The notes: a model not told the origin generated them from the letters alone. 64,000 bases of DNA from Candidatus Moraniibacteriota bacterium (GCA_016182385.1 JACPGV010000002.1:189190-253189); one strand, 5' to 3'; shown: positions 47,671 to 58,500, counted from the first letter of the stretch. Program-made: numbers and translations.

Positions 47671-48579
47671 TTACATTTTGGAAATGAGGCTCTCGGCTTT
47701 TTTTGGGTCGGAGATCCAGTGAATTGCAAGACCGGAGCGTTCCAAGCGACGGAGGAAGGTGAGCTGGCGTTTGGCGTATCGGCGAATTTCCATTTCCAGC
47801 TGTTTTTTCATTTCTTCGAGGGCTAACCTTTTTTGTAAAAAAAGTGAAACGAATCTATATTCTAATCCGAAACTTTCCAGACGTTTAAAACTCACGCCGT
47901 TTTTGCGAAGCGTTTCGACCTCCTCGATCATTCCCTGCGCGAATCTTTTGTCCAGACGGAGGTTGATATTTTTGTGCAGTGTTTCTTGTGGCGGTACAAG
48001 CGCGATAACGAGGCATTCTTTGTTGATCGTTGATCGTTGATTACTGGTAAGTGGGGGAACTTTTCCAAGAAATTCAATTATTTCGAGAGCTCGTATGAGG
48101 CGCACTTTATTGTACTGGTCGATGGTTGCGGCACGCGCTGGATCTTCTTGTTTAAGCATCAAGAAAAGTTTTTCCGTCGAGAGTTTCTCGAGTTTTTTTC
48201 GAAGAGCGGGAATCGGCTTTACTTTGGGAAAATTTTTTTCAAAAAGCAGAGCCTCAACCCAGAATCCCGTACCGCCACAAATAATTGCAAGTTTTCTTCT
48301 TTTTTGTATATGAGCAATTATTTTTTTGGCATCGCGAATAAAATGAGTGACATTATAGCTTCGTTTTGGACTGGCGACGTCAAGAAGCCAATGACGAACA
48401 AGCTCTTGTTCGTTTTTTGTTACTTTTCCTGTGCCGATATCCATTCCGCGATATACCTGCCGACTGTCAGCGGAGATGATTTCACCGTCATATTTTTGTG
48501 CCAGAGCAATGGCTAAATCCGACTTTCCCGAAGCCGTCGGCCCGACAATAACGATGGTTTTCCGAAGAGGTTGCTTCAT
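47671..48579 (-). CDS. miaA: tRNA dimethylallyltransferase MiaA.
   Basis: VIVGPTASGKS P-loop, DSRQVYRGMDIGTGK. 302 aa. Confidence 0.9.
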   Translation of the reverse strand: MKQPLRKTIVIVGPTASGKSDLAIALAQKYDGEIISADSRQVYRGMDIGTGKVTKNEQELVRHWLLDVASPKRSYNVTHFIRDAKKIIAHIQKRRKLAIICGGTGFWVEALLFEKNFPKVKPIPALRKKLEKLSTEKLFLMLKQEDPARAATIDQYNKVRLIRALEIIEFLGKVPPLTSNQRSTINKECLVIALVPPQETLHKNINLRLDKRFAQGMIEEVETLRKNGVSFKRLESFGLEYRFVSLFLQKRLALEEMKKQLEMEIRRYAKRQLTFLRRLERSGLAIHWISDPKKAESLISKM

Positions 48580-48582
48580 AAA

Positions 48583-49404
48583 TCAATCTAACGGACTCTT
48601 GATTCTTTTTAGATTCGGATGAGTCACTTTTGTGTAGAGTTGTGTGGTTCGTATATTGCTGTGTCCGAGGAGCTCTTGCACATAGCGTACGTCGACGCCG
48701 TTTTCGAGCAGGTGAGTGGCGAAACTATGTCGTAGAGAATGGAAAGTCGCGTCTTTTTTGATCTCTGCGGCCTCGAGCGCTTTTTCAAAGACGATCTGTG
48801 CTGTTCGTTCAGTCAATTTCCCACCCCGAGCGCTTTCAAAAATATAGTCATCTTTTTCACGAAGTACTATAATTTCAGCGAGGGCCAACTTCAATTTTTC
48901 AGGGAAAACAGTGATTCTATCCTTCTTTCCTTTGGCGTCTTTGATATGGATGGTGAGTTCTTCCAGATTGATATCTTTGATTTTGAGATTGATTGCTTCG
49001 CTCACTCGTAGACCGGCACCATAAGACAGAGAAATAATCAGTTGATGTTTTTTATTATTTATAACATCGATAATTTTTTCAATTTCTGTTCGTGACAGCA
49101 CCACTGGCAACTTGTTGGATGTTTTAGCGAATTTCAAATCAACAAGGACACTACTTTTGAAAATTTCACGATAGAAATATTTGATGGCATTGAGGTAGAG
49201 ATTGATAGTTTGAGGGGATTGTCCGCGCGCTTGTTTTTCCAGCAGATATGTTTTGATGCGCGATATATCCGGATTTCTCTTGACATCCTTGATATATCGA
49301 AAATAATCAGACAGGCAAACCAGATAACCTTTCACGGTTTTTTGGCTGTAGTTTTTGAGCTTCAGTTCGCCTTCTATCCGCTGTAAAAGTTCTTGAAGAT
49401 TCAT
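48583..49404 (-). CDS. Tyrosine site-specific recombinase XerC/XerD family.
   Basis: C-terminal HSLRHSFATHLLENGVDVRYVQELLGH...LYT with catalytic R-H-R-Y residues. 273 aa. Confidence 0.85.
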   Translation of the reverse strand: MNLQELLQRIEGELKLKNYSQKTVKGYLVCLSDYFRYIKDVKRNPDISRIKTYLLEKQARGQSPQTINLYLNAIKYFYREIFKSSVLVDLKFAKTSNKLPVVLSRTEIEKIIDVINNKKHQLIISLSYGAGLRVSEAINLKIKDINLEELTIHIKDAKGKKDRITVFPEKLKLALAEIIVLREKDDYIFESARGGKLTERTAQIVFEKALEAAEIKKDATFHSLRHSFATHLLENGVDVRYVQELLGHSNIRTTQLYTKVTHPNLKRIKSPLD

Positions 49405-49504
49405 AAATAGAGTGCTAACATGCGAGTGTACTCACGAAGATAAGTGTAGTATATGTTCGCACAATAGACAAGATAATGATGTTTATAAGTAAACATTACG
49501 CATA

Positions 49505-49600
49505 AAACCGAGTTCTGCGACATCGCTTCGCTCGTCGCAGAATGGGCGGCGGCTTCGCCTCGTTCCGCTCGTCGCTTCGCGACATCGCAGAACTCGGTAT
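49505..49600. repeat. GC-rich nested palindromic element upstream of xerC.
   Basis: CCGAGTTCTGCG...CGCAGAACTCGG outer arms enclose rotated units GCGACATCGC/CTCGTCGC around TTCG. A further GTATATCC...GGATATAC inverted repeat follows at 49601-49650. Confidence 0.4.
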
Positions 49601-49848
49601 ATCCAAAATGTCTGTCGCCGAGCAAGGCTCGACTCCACCCACTTCGGATATACGCAATTCAAAAAATATTTTTCTAACGGAGAATAAGGAATGATAGGCT
49701 TTCAAAGGAGAATAAATTTGATTTTTTCTTTATTTAAAGAGGGGGATAATAATGTGTTTTCTCCACTCCGTTCCGAAAACGATTTATTTATAAATCAATT
49801 TGAATAGTATAAAATAAATGAGCTTTATTAAATTAAATTTGGTGAAAT

Positions 49849-50649
49849 ATGTATAAAAGTATTTTTATAGTGAAAAAGATGGACTGTCCATCTGAAAAAA
49901 GTCTGATTGAAATAAGACTTGGTTCAATTCAAACAATTAAAAAACTTGATTTTGACCTTGATAAAAGAAAACTCACTGTTTTTCATTTAGAAAAAGATGA
50001 AAAAATTGGAAAGTATTTAGATGAGCTGAAATTAGATTCTAAACTTGAGAAAACTATTAAACTTCAAGATAAAAATAATGAATTTGTAGACGATTCTCAA
50101 AGTCAGAAAAAACTTCTAAAAACCGTTCTTTATATTAATTTCGGATTTTTTCTCTTTGAAATAGTTGCTGGGATTATCGCAAATTCGATGGGGCTTGTTG
50201 CAGATAGCTTGGACATGCTTTCAGACTCAATAGTTTATTCAATTAGCCTTTTTGCTGTCGGTGGGAGCATTCTTCTTAAAAAGAAAGTTACAAAACTCGC
50301 GGGATCTTTTCAAATGCTTCTTGCAGTAATTGGATTTATTGAAGTATTAAGGAGATTTTTGGGATTTGAAAAAATGCCTGATTTTATCTCAATGATTGGT
50401 GTAGCAAGTCTTGCGTTTATTGCAAATATGTATTGCTTATATTTATTTAATAAATCAAAAAGTGAAGACGCTCATATGAAAGCAAGCTGGATTTTTACAT
50501 CAAACGATTTAATAGTAAACATAGGAGTCATAATTTCAGGATTTTTAGTTTATCTTTTTAACTCAAGTAAACCAGACTTAATAATTGGAGGTATTGTATT
50601 TATTGTAGTGATTAATGGTGCAATAAAGATTTTAAAATTATCCAAATAA
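49849..50649 (+). CDS. Cation diffusion facilitator (CDF) family metal efflux transporter with an N-terminal ~75-aa HMA-like extension.
   Basis: CDF signature VADSLDMLSDS in TM2, several TM helices, 266 aa. Located in an AT-rich (~30% GC) segment. Confidence 0.55.
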   Translation: MYKSIFIVKKMDCPSEKSLIEIRLGSIQTIKKLDFDLDKRKLTVFHLEKDEKIGKYLDELKLDSKLEKTIKLQDKNNEFVDDSQSQKKLLKTVLYINFGFFLFEIVAGIIANSMGLVADSLDMLSDSIVYSISLFAVGGSILLKKKVTKLAGSFQMLLAVIGFIEVLRRFLGFEKMPDFISMIGVASLAFIANMYCLYLFNKSKSEDAHMKASWIFTSNDLIVNIGVIISGFLVYLFNSSKPDLIIGGIVFIVVINGAIKILKLSK

Positions 50650-50946
50650 GGAGTTTTGAAAAATGAAATTCACCCCTAACCCCTCTTTCATTTTTCAAAA
50701 CGGAAAAAATCAAATTTATAATTAATGAGGAAAGCCTATCTGATAAATGAAGACGAAAAATATTTTTTGAACTCACTCCGCTTCGCTCCGTGCCACGCTG
50801 CGCTCTCCTCCTTTCAGTCGTCGGGGCGTATAACAGCGGATATGAGGTTCGCCCCTCGGCTCGGGGCTCACCCAAATTGCTCCCTACGGTCGCAACTTCT
50901 CATATCCGCAAACGTTATATGAAATAAATTTTTTTACTACAACCAT

Positions 50947-51228
50947 ATGGAATTCAAAGAAAAACCGTTTGAGCAAAAATCAACATTTGAAGCAGATAAA
51001 GACGGCTTCGTTAAATTTGGCGATGTATCAAGGAAGCTTCTTAATAAACAGTGCCAATATGGCGTTACTTACGCCTTTGGTGATGAAAGCTGTGACTGCC
51101 CAAATTTAGGAGAAGGTCTTCGTATTACGGGAAATCCAGGTAATTATCATGATGTTAAAATTCACAAAGATGATATAGATGAATTTGTCAGGAGATACGA
51201 AGCCTATAAGAACGAACAAAAATTTTAA
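50947..51228 (+). CDS. Hypothetical small protein (93 aa) with a CDCP motif.
   Basis: ORF in the AT-rich segment. No recognised motif. Confidence 0.35.
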   Translation: MEFKEKPFEQKSTFEADKDGFVKFGDVSRKLLNKQCQYGVTYAFGDESCDCPNLGEGLRITGNPGNYHDVKIHKDDIDEFVRRYEAYKNEQKF

Positions 51229-51376
51229 AATTATTTTTTACATCCGATAACACGGCACATGCGGTTAAAAAATTTTGCTCAATTATACGATAGCGGAATG
51301 CAAAATTTTTTAACCCAAATTTCGCTTTTATTATGATAAAATTTTTCTACCCTAACAGTGTACGGCATATCTGAAT

Positions 51377-54300
51377 CTATTTTACGGATTCTACTCCTTC
51401 TATCATTCGTATTTGCGTCAGAGATTCTTCGGTCGGGGCGATTGAAAATGTGGTCTCGATCGTCGCGCCCTGGATTTTTACGGCAACTTTTTTTGATCCG
51501 GCAGGGAAGGTCTTGAGAAGATGTGAGAGGTGTTCGATAATTTTTGGTGGAGCGTCATTTTTGATTATAAGAATAAGACGATCATTTGAGGGATTCTGAG
51601 GGGGCGTAGGAGGGGAAGTTGGACGAGAGAGTTTGGCACGGGTGGCTTCAGCACGGGCAAATTGTTGAACGTCATTATTTGAGATGCGACGGACGCCTTC
51701 AGCAATAGAACGCACTTGGCCGTCTTTGTGCGAAATACGTGCATCGATAATGACGACTTCGTCTTCGACCCATGATTCTCCCGTGCGTTCGGCAGTTTTT
51801 CCAAAAACAAGAAGTTCGGTACGACCAGTCATATCTTCGAGACCAACGAAATACATCGTGCTCCCATTTTTGGTGAGAACTTTTCGAACAGCGGTGATAA
51901 CGCCTCCAACATTGATACGGCTACCGTCTGGTTTTTTTTCGATATCGCTCAGCGGTGTTATTGTTTTATTAAAGTATTCTTGGTAGTCAGAAACGGGATG
52001 GTCGCTCACGTAAAGACCGAGGAGTTCTTTTTCCCAGTCGAGACGCATTTTTTTGGTGGCGGGGAGAGCGTGGGAAAGTTGGATTGTACTTTCGGGCATT
52101 GCCATTTCACCGAAGAGGCTATTTTGGTGAGTATCGGCGAGTGTTTTGAGATTTTTTGCGTGACGCAAAATGTCATCGAGACTGACGACAAGTCTGTTTC
52201 GTTCATCGAAATCTTCGAGAGCGCCTACTTTAATGAGTGCTTCGAGTGAACGTTTATTTAAATCTTTGGTTTGGACACGTTCGACGAAATTTTCGATTGT
52301 TTTAAATGTCCCATCTTTTTTACGTGCCTTGACGATTTCTTCCGCGCAGATTGAGCCGACGTTTTTGATGGCGCTTAGTCCGAAGCGGATTCTTTCTTTT
52401 TTATCATCGCCTACAATAACGGCAAAATCTTCAAAACTTTCGTTTACAGACGGCGGAAGAACTTCAAGGCCGATTTCACGAGCTTCGCGAACTTCGATGG
52501 CGACGCGGTCGGTGTCGTGTTGGTCGCTCGTGAGAAGGGCGGCCATGAATTCGGCTGGGTAGTGTGCTTTGAGGTAAGCCGTTTGGTAACCAATGAGCGC
52601 GTAACAAGCGGCATGAGAACGATTGAAACCGTAGCCGGCGAATGGTTCGATGAACGCGAAGATTTTTTCACCGATAGTTTTTCCTACACCCGTTTTTACA
52701 CATCCTTCAATGAATTTTTCACGTTGTTCGGCGACAAGTTCTTTAATTTTTTTTCCGACTGCTTTACGAAGCACGTCTGCTTCACCGAGGGAAAATCCGG
52801 CAAGATCACGCGCGATTTGCATGAGTTGTTCTTGATAAACAGCGACGCCGTAAGTGTTCTTGAGAATCGGTTCGAGTTTTGGGTGAAGGTATTTGACTTG
52901 TTTGGTGCCGTGTTTGCCGCCGATGAAATCAGGAATGTATTCCATCGGACCCGGTCGGTAGAGGGCGACCATCGCGATAATGTCTTCGAAGACGGAAGGT
53001 TTGAGTTGTTTCAGGTAACGTTTCATTCCAGTTGATTCAAGTTGAAAAACACCGGTAGTGTGGGCATCTTGCAGGAGTCTGTAGGTCATTTCATCATCAA
53101 GCGGGAGTCGACTCATGATATCGGCGACAGTAGCCGTTTCGGGATTTAATTTTAATTTTTCCAGAAGCGGTGGCAATTTTCCCAAGGCGCGAACAATACG
53201 GAGGGTGTTTTGAATGATAGTAAGGTTTTTGAGTCCCAAGAAATCCATTTTAAGAAGACCGATTTTTTCTACGGCGTTGGCTTTTGTGCTGGCGGCGTAT
53301 TGAGTAACAACACCTTCACGACTTCCCGCGACGCGTTGGAGCGGAGTATATTCAGTGACGGGATCTTTGGTAATGACGACACCGCAGGCGTGCATCGAGG
53401 CATGACGAGCCAAACCCTCGATAGTTTGAGCGGCATCGATTAGGCGTTTGGCGTCAGGGTTTTTTTCATAGTGTTGTTTGAATTCCGGTACTTCCTCGAG
53501 CGCTTTCTTGATCGAAGTGAACATGGGGATCATTTTGGCGGTTTGATCGCAAAGCGGAAGAGGAATACCAAGCGCGCGACCGACGTCACGAATGGCTCCG
53601 CGGGCGGCCATCGTTCCAAACGTGATGATTTGAGCGACGTGATCGTTACCGTATTTTTGTCTGACGTATTCCAGTACTGCTTCACGGCGGTCATCAGCGA
53701 AATCCATATCGACATCGGGCATGGAGATACGCTCAGGATTGAGGAATCGTTCAAAGAGGAGATCGTATGCGATCGGATCGAGATCGGTAATACCAGTAAG
53801 GTAGGCGACAAATGATCCGGCAGCCGAACCACGACCGGGTCCGACAATGACGCCGTTTTGTTTTGCCCAATTGACGAAGTCTTGCACGATCAAGAAGTAA
53901 GAAGCAAAGCCCGTTTTTTCAATGACGGACAATTCATAACGAAGACGCTCTTTTTGTTCATTGGTGGGCATCTGTCCGGGGAAACGCTTGGTAAGTCCCA
54001 CGACACAGAGCTCATGAAGGTATTCGTCGGCGGTTTTCTCGTTGGGAAGAGGGAAGGCGGGAAGGTGATTCTCACCCATTTGGATTGTCAGTGTGCAGGC
54101 TTGGGCGATTTTTTGCGTGTTTTCGATGGCCTCAGGAACATCTTTGAAAATTGTTTTCATCTCTTCCGCTGAGCGGAGGGAAAGGTCGAGTCCTTTCATG
54201 CTGAATCGTTCAGTGTCGGTCACTTTTTTGTTATCACGAATACAGAGGAGAATGTCTTGTATTTCGGCATCTTCTTTTTTGAGGTAGTGAACATCGACCG

Positions 54301-54907
54301 CGGCGACGAGCGGGATATCGGTCTCGCGAGAAATGGCAACAAGTCCTTGGTTTATTGTTACTTGATTTTCGTTATCTAGGTGAGGGCCAAGCTCAAGATA
54401 AAAATTTTCTTTACCGAAAATGTTTTGGTATTCGAGAGCGGTTGCTTTGGCGCGTTCATAGTTGCCATAGATAATTTCTGAGGGAACTTCTCCTTGCATT
54501 GAGCCAGAGAGAGCGATGAGTCCTTCGGCATATTGACGGAGAAGTTTTTTGTCGGCACGTGCTTTGTAATAAAAACCTTCAAGTTGAGCGATAGAGATAA
54601 TTTTCATCAGATTTTTATAACCAGTCTCATTTTTGGCGAGGAGCACGAGTTGAGAACGGCGTCTGTCTTCGGCAGTATTATTTTTACTGTGGAGATCTTT
54701 ACAGACGAAAATTTCCGCGCCGATGATTGGCTTGATGCCATATTCTTTGGCCTTACTATAAAATTCAATCGCGCCATAAAGTGCGGAAGTATCGGTGATT
54801 GCCAGTGAAGTCATTCCGAGTTCTTGCGCACGTTTCAAAAGCTCCTCGGTTTTTGGGAGTGCTGTAAGAAGAGAGTAGTGTGAGTGAACGTGAAGATGAG
54901 TGAACAT
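51377..54907 (-). CDS. dnaE: DNA polymerase III alpha subunit DnaE.
   Basis: N-terminal PHP domain FTHLHVHSHYSLL. 1176 aa. Palm/fingers motifs and OB C-terminus. Confidence 0.95.
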   Translation of the reverse strand: MFTHLHVHSHYSLLTALPKTEELLKRAQELGMTSLAITDTSALYGAIEFYSKAKEYGIKPIIGAEIFVCKDLHSKNNTAEDRRRSQLVLLAKNETGYKNLMKIISIAQLEGFYYKARADKKLLRQYAEGLIALSGSMQGEVPSEIIYGNYERAKATALEYQNIFGKENFYLELGPHLDNENQVTINQGLVAISRETDIPLVAAVDVHYLKKEDAEIQDILLCIRDNKKVTDTERFSMKGLDLSLRSAEEMKTIFKDVPEAIENTQKIAQACTLTIQMGENHLPAFPLPNEKTADEYLHELCVVGLTKRFPGQMPTNEQKERLRYELSVIEKTGFASYFLIVQDFVNWAKQNGVIVGPGRGSAAGSFVAYLTGITDLDPIAYDLLFERFLNPERISMPDVDMDFADDRREAVLEYVRQKYGNDHVAQIITFGTMAARGAIRDVGRALGIPLPLCDQTAKMIPMFTSIKKALEEVPEFKQHYEKNPDAKRLIDAAQTIEGLARHASMHACGVVITKDPVTEYTPLQRVAGSREGVVTQYAASTKANAVEKIGLLKMDFLGLKNLTIIQNTLRIVRALGKLPPLLEKLKLNPETATVADIMSRLPLDDEMTYRLLQDAHTTGVFQLESTGMKRYLKQLKPSVFEDIIAMVALYRPGPMEYIPDFIGGKHGTKQVKYLHPKLEPILKNTYGVAVYQEQLMQIARDLAGFSLGEADVLRKAVGKKIKELVAEQREKFIEGCVKTGVGKTIGEKIFAFIEPFAGYGFNRSHAACYALIGYQTAYLKAHYPAEFMAALLTSDQHDTDRVAIEVREAREIGLEVLPPSVNESFEDFAVIVGDDKKERIRFGLSAIKNVGSICAEEIVKARKKDGTFKTIENFVERVQTKDLNKRSLEALIKVGALEDFDERNRLVVSLDDILRHAKNLKTLADTHQNSLFGEMAMPESTIQLSHALPATKKMRLDWEKELLGLYVSDHPVSDYQEYFNKTITPLSDIEKKPDGSRINVGGVITAVRKVLTKNGSTMYFVGLEDMTGRTELLVFGKTAERTGESWVEDEVVIIDARISHKDGQVRSIAEGVRRISNNDVQQFARAEATRAKLSRPTSPPTPPQNPSNDRLILIIKNDAPPKIIEHLSHLLKTFPAGSKKVAVKIQGATIETTFSIAPTEESLTQIRMIEGVESVK

Positions 54908-55292
54908 AGAGTGTTGAACAGAGAATATCGAATGTTGAATTTTGAAAATTCTCCATTCAACATTCTTTCAAAATAAAAAACGCCAATCAGAATGAAAGGC
55001 GGGATGTTTGAAAAAATGAAAACGTGGTCATAGATTTAAGTTCCCTCATAGCCCGGAATCAATCCTTGGGTTTTGCAGGGAAAATTAGTACACGTTTAGT
55101 ATACTCGGCAGCACGATTTTGAACAAGTTTTAGGTGTTTTTTATTGTTTTTTATGCGCATTATATAATTTCTGACCGCAGAGAATAGTTCGCGTGATGGA
55201 AAAATGAGGGCGGAAAAAATAAAAAAAAGAACAAAGTAGAAGATAAAAAAAGACCCGCTGGCGCAGCACGCAAGCGGGGAATGAGGTGGATC

Positions 55293-55988
55293 TTACATCC
55301 AGCTGTGAAACCGGTGGTGGATTCGGGCGAGCATTTCGTAGGGGAGCCAGTAGCTTGGACTCCTGGTCCATTTTTGGACCGAGGCCTTATCGAACCACTC
55401 GCTGTCCGAGGCGTGAGCCACGTCTATCGCGACCGGTTTTCCGAAGATTTTCCGAGCGATGAAGAAACAGCGTTGGATGTGTTCGGGATGGGCGATGAGG
55501 AGTGGTTTTTTGAGGCCGTGTCCGTCAGCGATGTCCTTGGCGATCCGAAACACGCCGTGAGTGGTTAGGTAATCGATGATTGGCGGCCAAATGGGAGTGA
55601 GCAGATTCTGATGCTTCGCGTACCAGTCCGGTTCATAGAGCCACATGGCATAGAGCACTTCCCATTGGCCGATGACGGGGCGGATGGTATCAGTGTTATC
55701 AAAAAACGGGTGGATGAGTTTTGCAAATCGGATAGAGCGAAGTGCGAGGATCTTGTTCGGATGACCAGGGTCGAAGCCCCGTGCCCCGAGCCGCACGAAC
55801 CTATCGACGACGTTGTCACTGAGGTCGATGATCGAATTGACAACTGTCCCGACCTCTTTGTCGGAATAGGTGTTACGGCCGAAGGCTTGCGGACAGATGA
55901 AATCGGCTTCGCTCGCGTAGGCGCGATGGGTTTTCCAGAACGATTCCGGCAGGAACCACGAGTTGATTAGGTCGTTACGGATGGACAT
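55293..55988 (-). CDS. Conserved hypothetical protein (232 aa).
   Basis: Start chosen at the internal ATG (MSIRNDL) preceded by AAAAGGAGGT SD. The longer ORF to 56297 lacks an SD and has a low-complexity N-terminus. Confidence 0.45.
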   Translation of the reverse strand: MSIRNDLINSWFLPESFWKTHRAYASEADFICPQAFGRNTYSDKEVGTVVNSIIDLSDNVVDRFVRLGARGFDPGHPNKILALRSIRFAKLIHPFFDNTDTIRPVIGQWEVLYAMWLYEPDWYAKHQNLLTPIWPPIIDYLTTHGVFRIAKDIADGHGLKKPLLIAHPEHIQRCFFIARKIFGKPVAIDVAHASDSEWFDKASVQKWTRSPSYWLPYEMLARIHHRFHSWM

Positions 55989-56094
55989 AATAAACCTCCT
56001 TTTTGGCTGGTTGTTCGGTGTTGTTAAAGAATATAGCATTATGTCAGATAAGCGAAAAAAAGTAAATTTTTTGGTGTGATGGTATACTGAAGCT

Positions 56095-56817
56095 ATGCAA
56101 AAAACAACTTTTGAAAAAGAGCGGGAACGAATAATACTTGGACATCGGTATGTGATCGGGATAGATGAGGTAGGACGCGGACCGCTTGCTGGTCCGGTCG
56201 TCGCATGCGCGGCGATGTTGAAGAATATCGAATACAGAATATCGAATATTGAAAAAGAGGAAGAAGACAAGAGATGGGATCTGATCCGGGATTCCAAGAA
56301 GCTTTCAGAGAAACAACGAGAAAAAATATGCGAGTTTATTCAGGAACATTTTGAAGTTGGCATTGGTATTATTGCGGCCGAGACGATCGATCGGGTGAAT
56401 ATTCTTGAGGCAACGTTTCTCGCGATGAAGAGTGCTCTTTCACAGCTTTTGAAAAAACTTCCACGCGAAGCGGCGGAGCAGTGTTATATTCTTATTGATG
56501 GCAATCAAAAGATTCCGAACTGTTCCTATCATCAGGAATGTTTGATCGGTGGCGATGGGATCGTGAAGTCAATCGCGGCGGCATCGATTGTCGCCAAAGT
56601 GACGCGGGACCGGATGATGGATGAATACGAAAAACAGTATGGAGGATATGGGCTCGGCAAGCACAAGGGCTACGGGACGAAGGTGCATATGGACGCGCTC
56701 CGGCGCCTCGGCCCGTGTCCGATCCATCGAATGTCGTTTCGGCCGGTTTTTCTGTCTCTTCCTGAAAACGCCAATAAGCGATTTGCGAATGTGCTGAAAC
56801 CAAAAAAGGCTAAGTGA
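56095..56817 (+). CDS. rnhB: Ribonuclease HII.
   Basis: GIDEVGRGPLAGPVV catalytic motif. 240 aa with a ~25-aa Glu/Lys-rich insertion. Confidence 0.85.
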   Translation: MQKTTFEKERERIILGHRYVIGIDEVGRGPLAGPVVACAAMLKNIEYRISNIEKEEEDKRWDLIRDSKKLSEKQREKICEFIQEHFEVGIGIIAAETIDRVNILEATFLAMKSALSQLLKKLPREAAEQCYILIDGNQKIPNCSYHQECLIGGDGIVKSIAAASIVAKVTRDRMMDEYEKQYGGYGLGKHKGYGTKVHMDALRRLGPCPIHRMSFRPVFLSLPENANKRFANVLKPKKAK

Positions 56818-56947
56818 AAATAGGGGATGTGAAAAAGAAGAGGTTTTCGATAGGGAATGCTTGTTGTCTTTTAATTGATGCTTGTCAAAATAAAAAAGAA
56901 CTGATATAGTGGCTTCATTGAGTAATTCTTGCTAATCGTACGAAATT

Positions 56948-57151
56948 ATGGCATTGCCCAAACAAAGACATACTCGTCACCGTCGCGACCGTGCTCGCAA
57001 ACAATATGATGTGAAATTGGTAACCATGAAGGAATGCCCGCAGTGTAAGGCACCGGTTTTACCGCATCGCATCTGTAAAAAATGTGGGACATATAAAGGA
57101 AGAGAAATAAAGGGAGTTGTGAAAACAGCAAAAACCCCAAAAAAGAAATAA
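56948..57151 (+). CDS. rpmF: 50S ribosomal protein L32.
   Basis: MALPKQRHTRHRRDRAR start typical of bL32. CxxC...CxxC zinc ribbon. 67 aa. Confidence 0.7.
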   Translation: MALPKQRHTRHRRDRARKQYDVKLVTMKECPQCKAPVLPHRICKKCGTYKGREIKGVVKTAKTPKKK

Positions 57152-57217
57152 CCTACCAAGAGGTATCAGGAACAACGGATTTTTTCATACATCGGTTGTT
57201 TTTGAATAAAAAACAAA

Positions 57218-57763
57218 ATGGCAAATCGGCACCTTCAGAGATCAGTAGCGATGCAATCACTCTTCGAGTGGGATTTTCAGGGTAGGAATGATGAGCATTC
57301 ACGAGAGATTTTGAAGCGTAATATTGCGGAGTTTGCTCCCGGTCTTGAAGATACGATTTTTGCCGAACATTTGATGGAGGGTACACTTCGTGAGCGTGGA
57401 ACAATTGATAAGCTTATTGAGAAATGCGCGCCAGAGTGGCCGCTTGAACAAGTGACGGTGATGGACAGAAACATCTTGCGTTTGGGTATTTATGAGCTTA
57501 TGTTCGGAAATTATGATGAAGTACCACCAAAAGTGGCCATCAATGAAGCGATTGAACTTGCTAAAACGTTTGGAAGTGATAGTAGTCCACGATTTGTTAA
57601 TGGGGTTTTGGGAACGATTTATCGTGAGATGGGTGAACCGATGAAAGATGATATATCCGAAAATCATAAGTATAACTTGGAAAAACAGGAAAAAAAGACG
57701 GGAGAGGAAAAAGAAAAAAAGGTTCAGAAGGCGGTAAAAAAAAGCACGAAAAAAGGCGCATAG
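57218..57763 (+). CDS. nusB: Transcription antitermination factor NusB (Lys-rich C-terminal tail).
   Basis: NusB fold motifs ([19 protein letters not shown]). Confidence 0.8.
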   Translation: MANRHLQRSVAMQSLFEWDFQGRNDEHSREILKRNIAEFAPGLEDTIFAEHLMEGTLRERGTIDKLIEKCAPEWPLEQVTVMDRNILRLGIYELMFGNYDEVPPKVAINEAIELAKTFGSDSSPRFVNGVLGTIYREMGEPMKDDISENHKYNLEKQEKKTGEEKEKKVQKAVKKSTKKGA

Positions 57764-57774
57764 AGCGCTTTTTC

Positions 57775-58500
57775 TTGAGTTGTTGTTCTCGATGCATTAT
57801 GAAAGATGAATTTGATAGAAAGAAATTGCAATCAACGTTTGATATCGCTATTACCGATGCCAATCTTTTTCAAGAGGCGTTGACACATCGCTCCTATTTG
57901 AATGAACATCGAGGATATCCGTATTCGCATAACGAGCGATTGGAGTTTCTGGGTGACGCGGTGCTCGAACTTGTAGTAACACGGTATCTTTTTGATCATT
58001 TTTCTGAAAAACCAGAAGGTGAACTGACAAGTTTTCGTGCGGCGCTTGTGAATGGCGATATGTTGGGAAAAATTGGTTGTGATCTTGGTGTGCAAGAATT
58101 TCTTCTTATGAGTCGTGGCGAGGCTAAGGATACCGGTCGGGCACGCAGCTATCTTATTGCCAATGCCATGGAAGCAATCATCGGGGCTATTTATCTTGAT
58201 CAGGGATATGAAGCCGCTGGGCATTTTATCGAACAACACGTTCTTTCTCATCTTGATGAAGTGATTGCCGAAGGTCTCCATACTGATCCCAAGAGTCGTT
58301 TTCAGGAACTTGCTCAAGAAAAAACGTCTATTACGCCAGGGTATCGTATTTTGAAGGAATGGGGTCCGGATCATGACCGCCATTTTATTGCCGGTGTATT
58401 TCTCGGTGAAGAACTTGTCGCTGAGGGCGAGGGGATATCCAAACAGGATGCTCAACGTGAAGCTGCCAAGAATGCCTTAGGGAAGAAGGGTTGGCAGTAA
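57775..58500 (+). CDS. rnc: Ribonuclease III.
   Basis: RNase III signature ERLEFLGDAVL. C-terminal dsRBD. 241 aa. Confidence 0.85.
   Translation: MSCCSRCIMKDEFDRKKLQSTFDIAITDANLFQEALTHRSYLNEHRGYPYSHNERLEFLGDAVLELVVTRYLFDHFSEKPEGELTSFRAALVNGDMLGKIGCDLGVQEFLLMSRGEAKDTGRARSYLIANAMEAIIGAIYLDQGYEAAGHFIEQHVLSHLDEVIAEGLHTDPKSRFQELAQEKTSITPGYRILKEWGPDHDRHFIAGVFLGEELVAEGEGISKQDAQREAAKNALGKKGWQ

Noticed and set aside
49500-49660. GC-rich repetitive region considered as a CRISPR array.
   Set aside because: The repeats are nested or inverted and not regularly spaced direct repeats with unique spacers. No cas genes are nearby.
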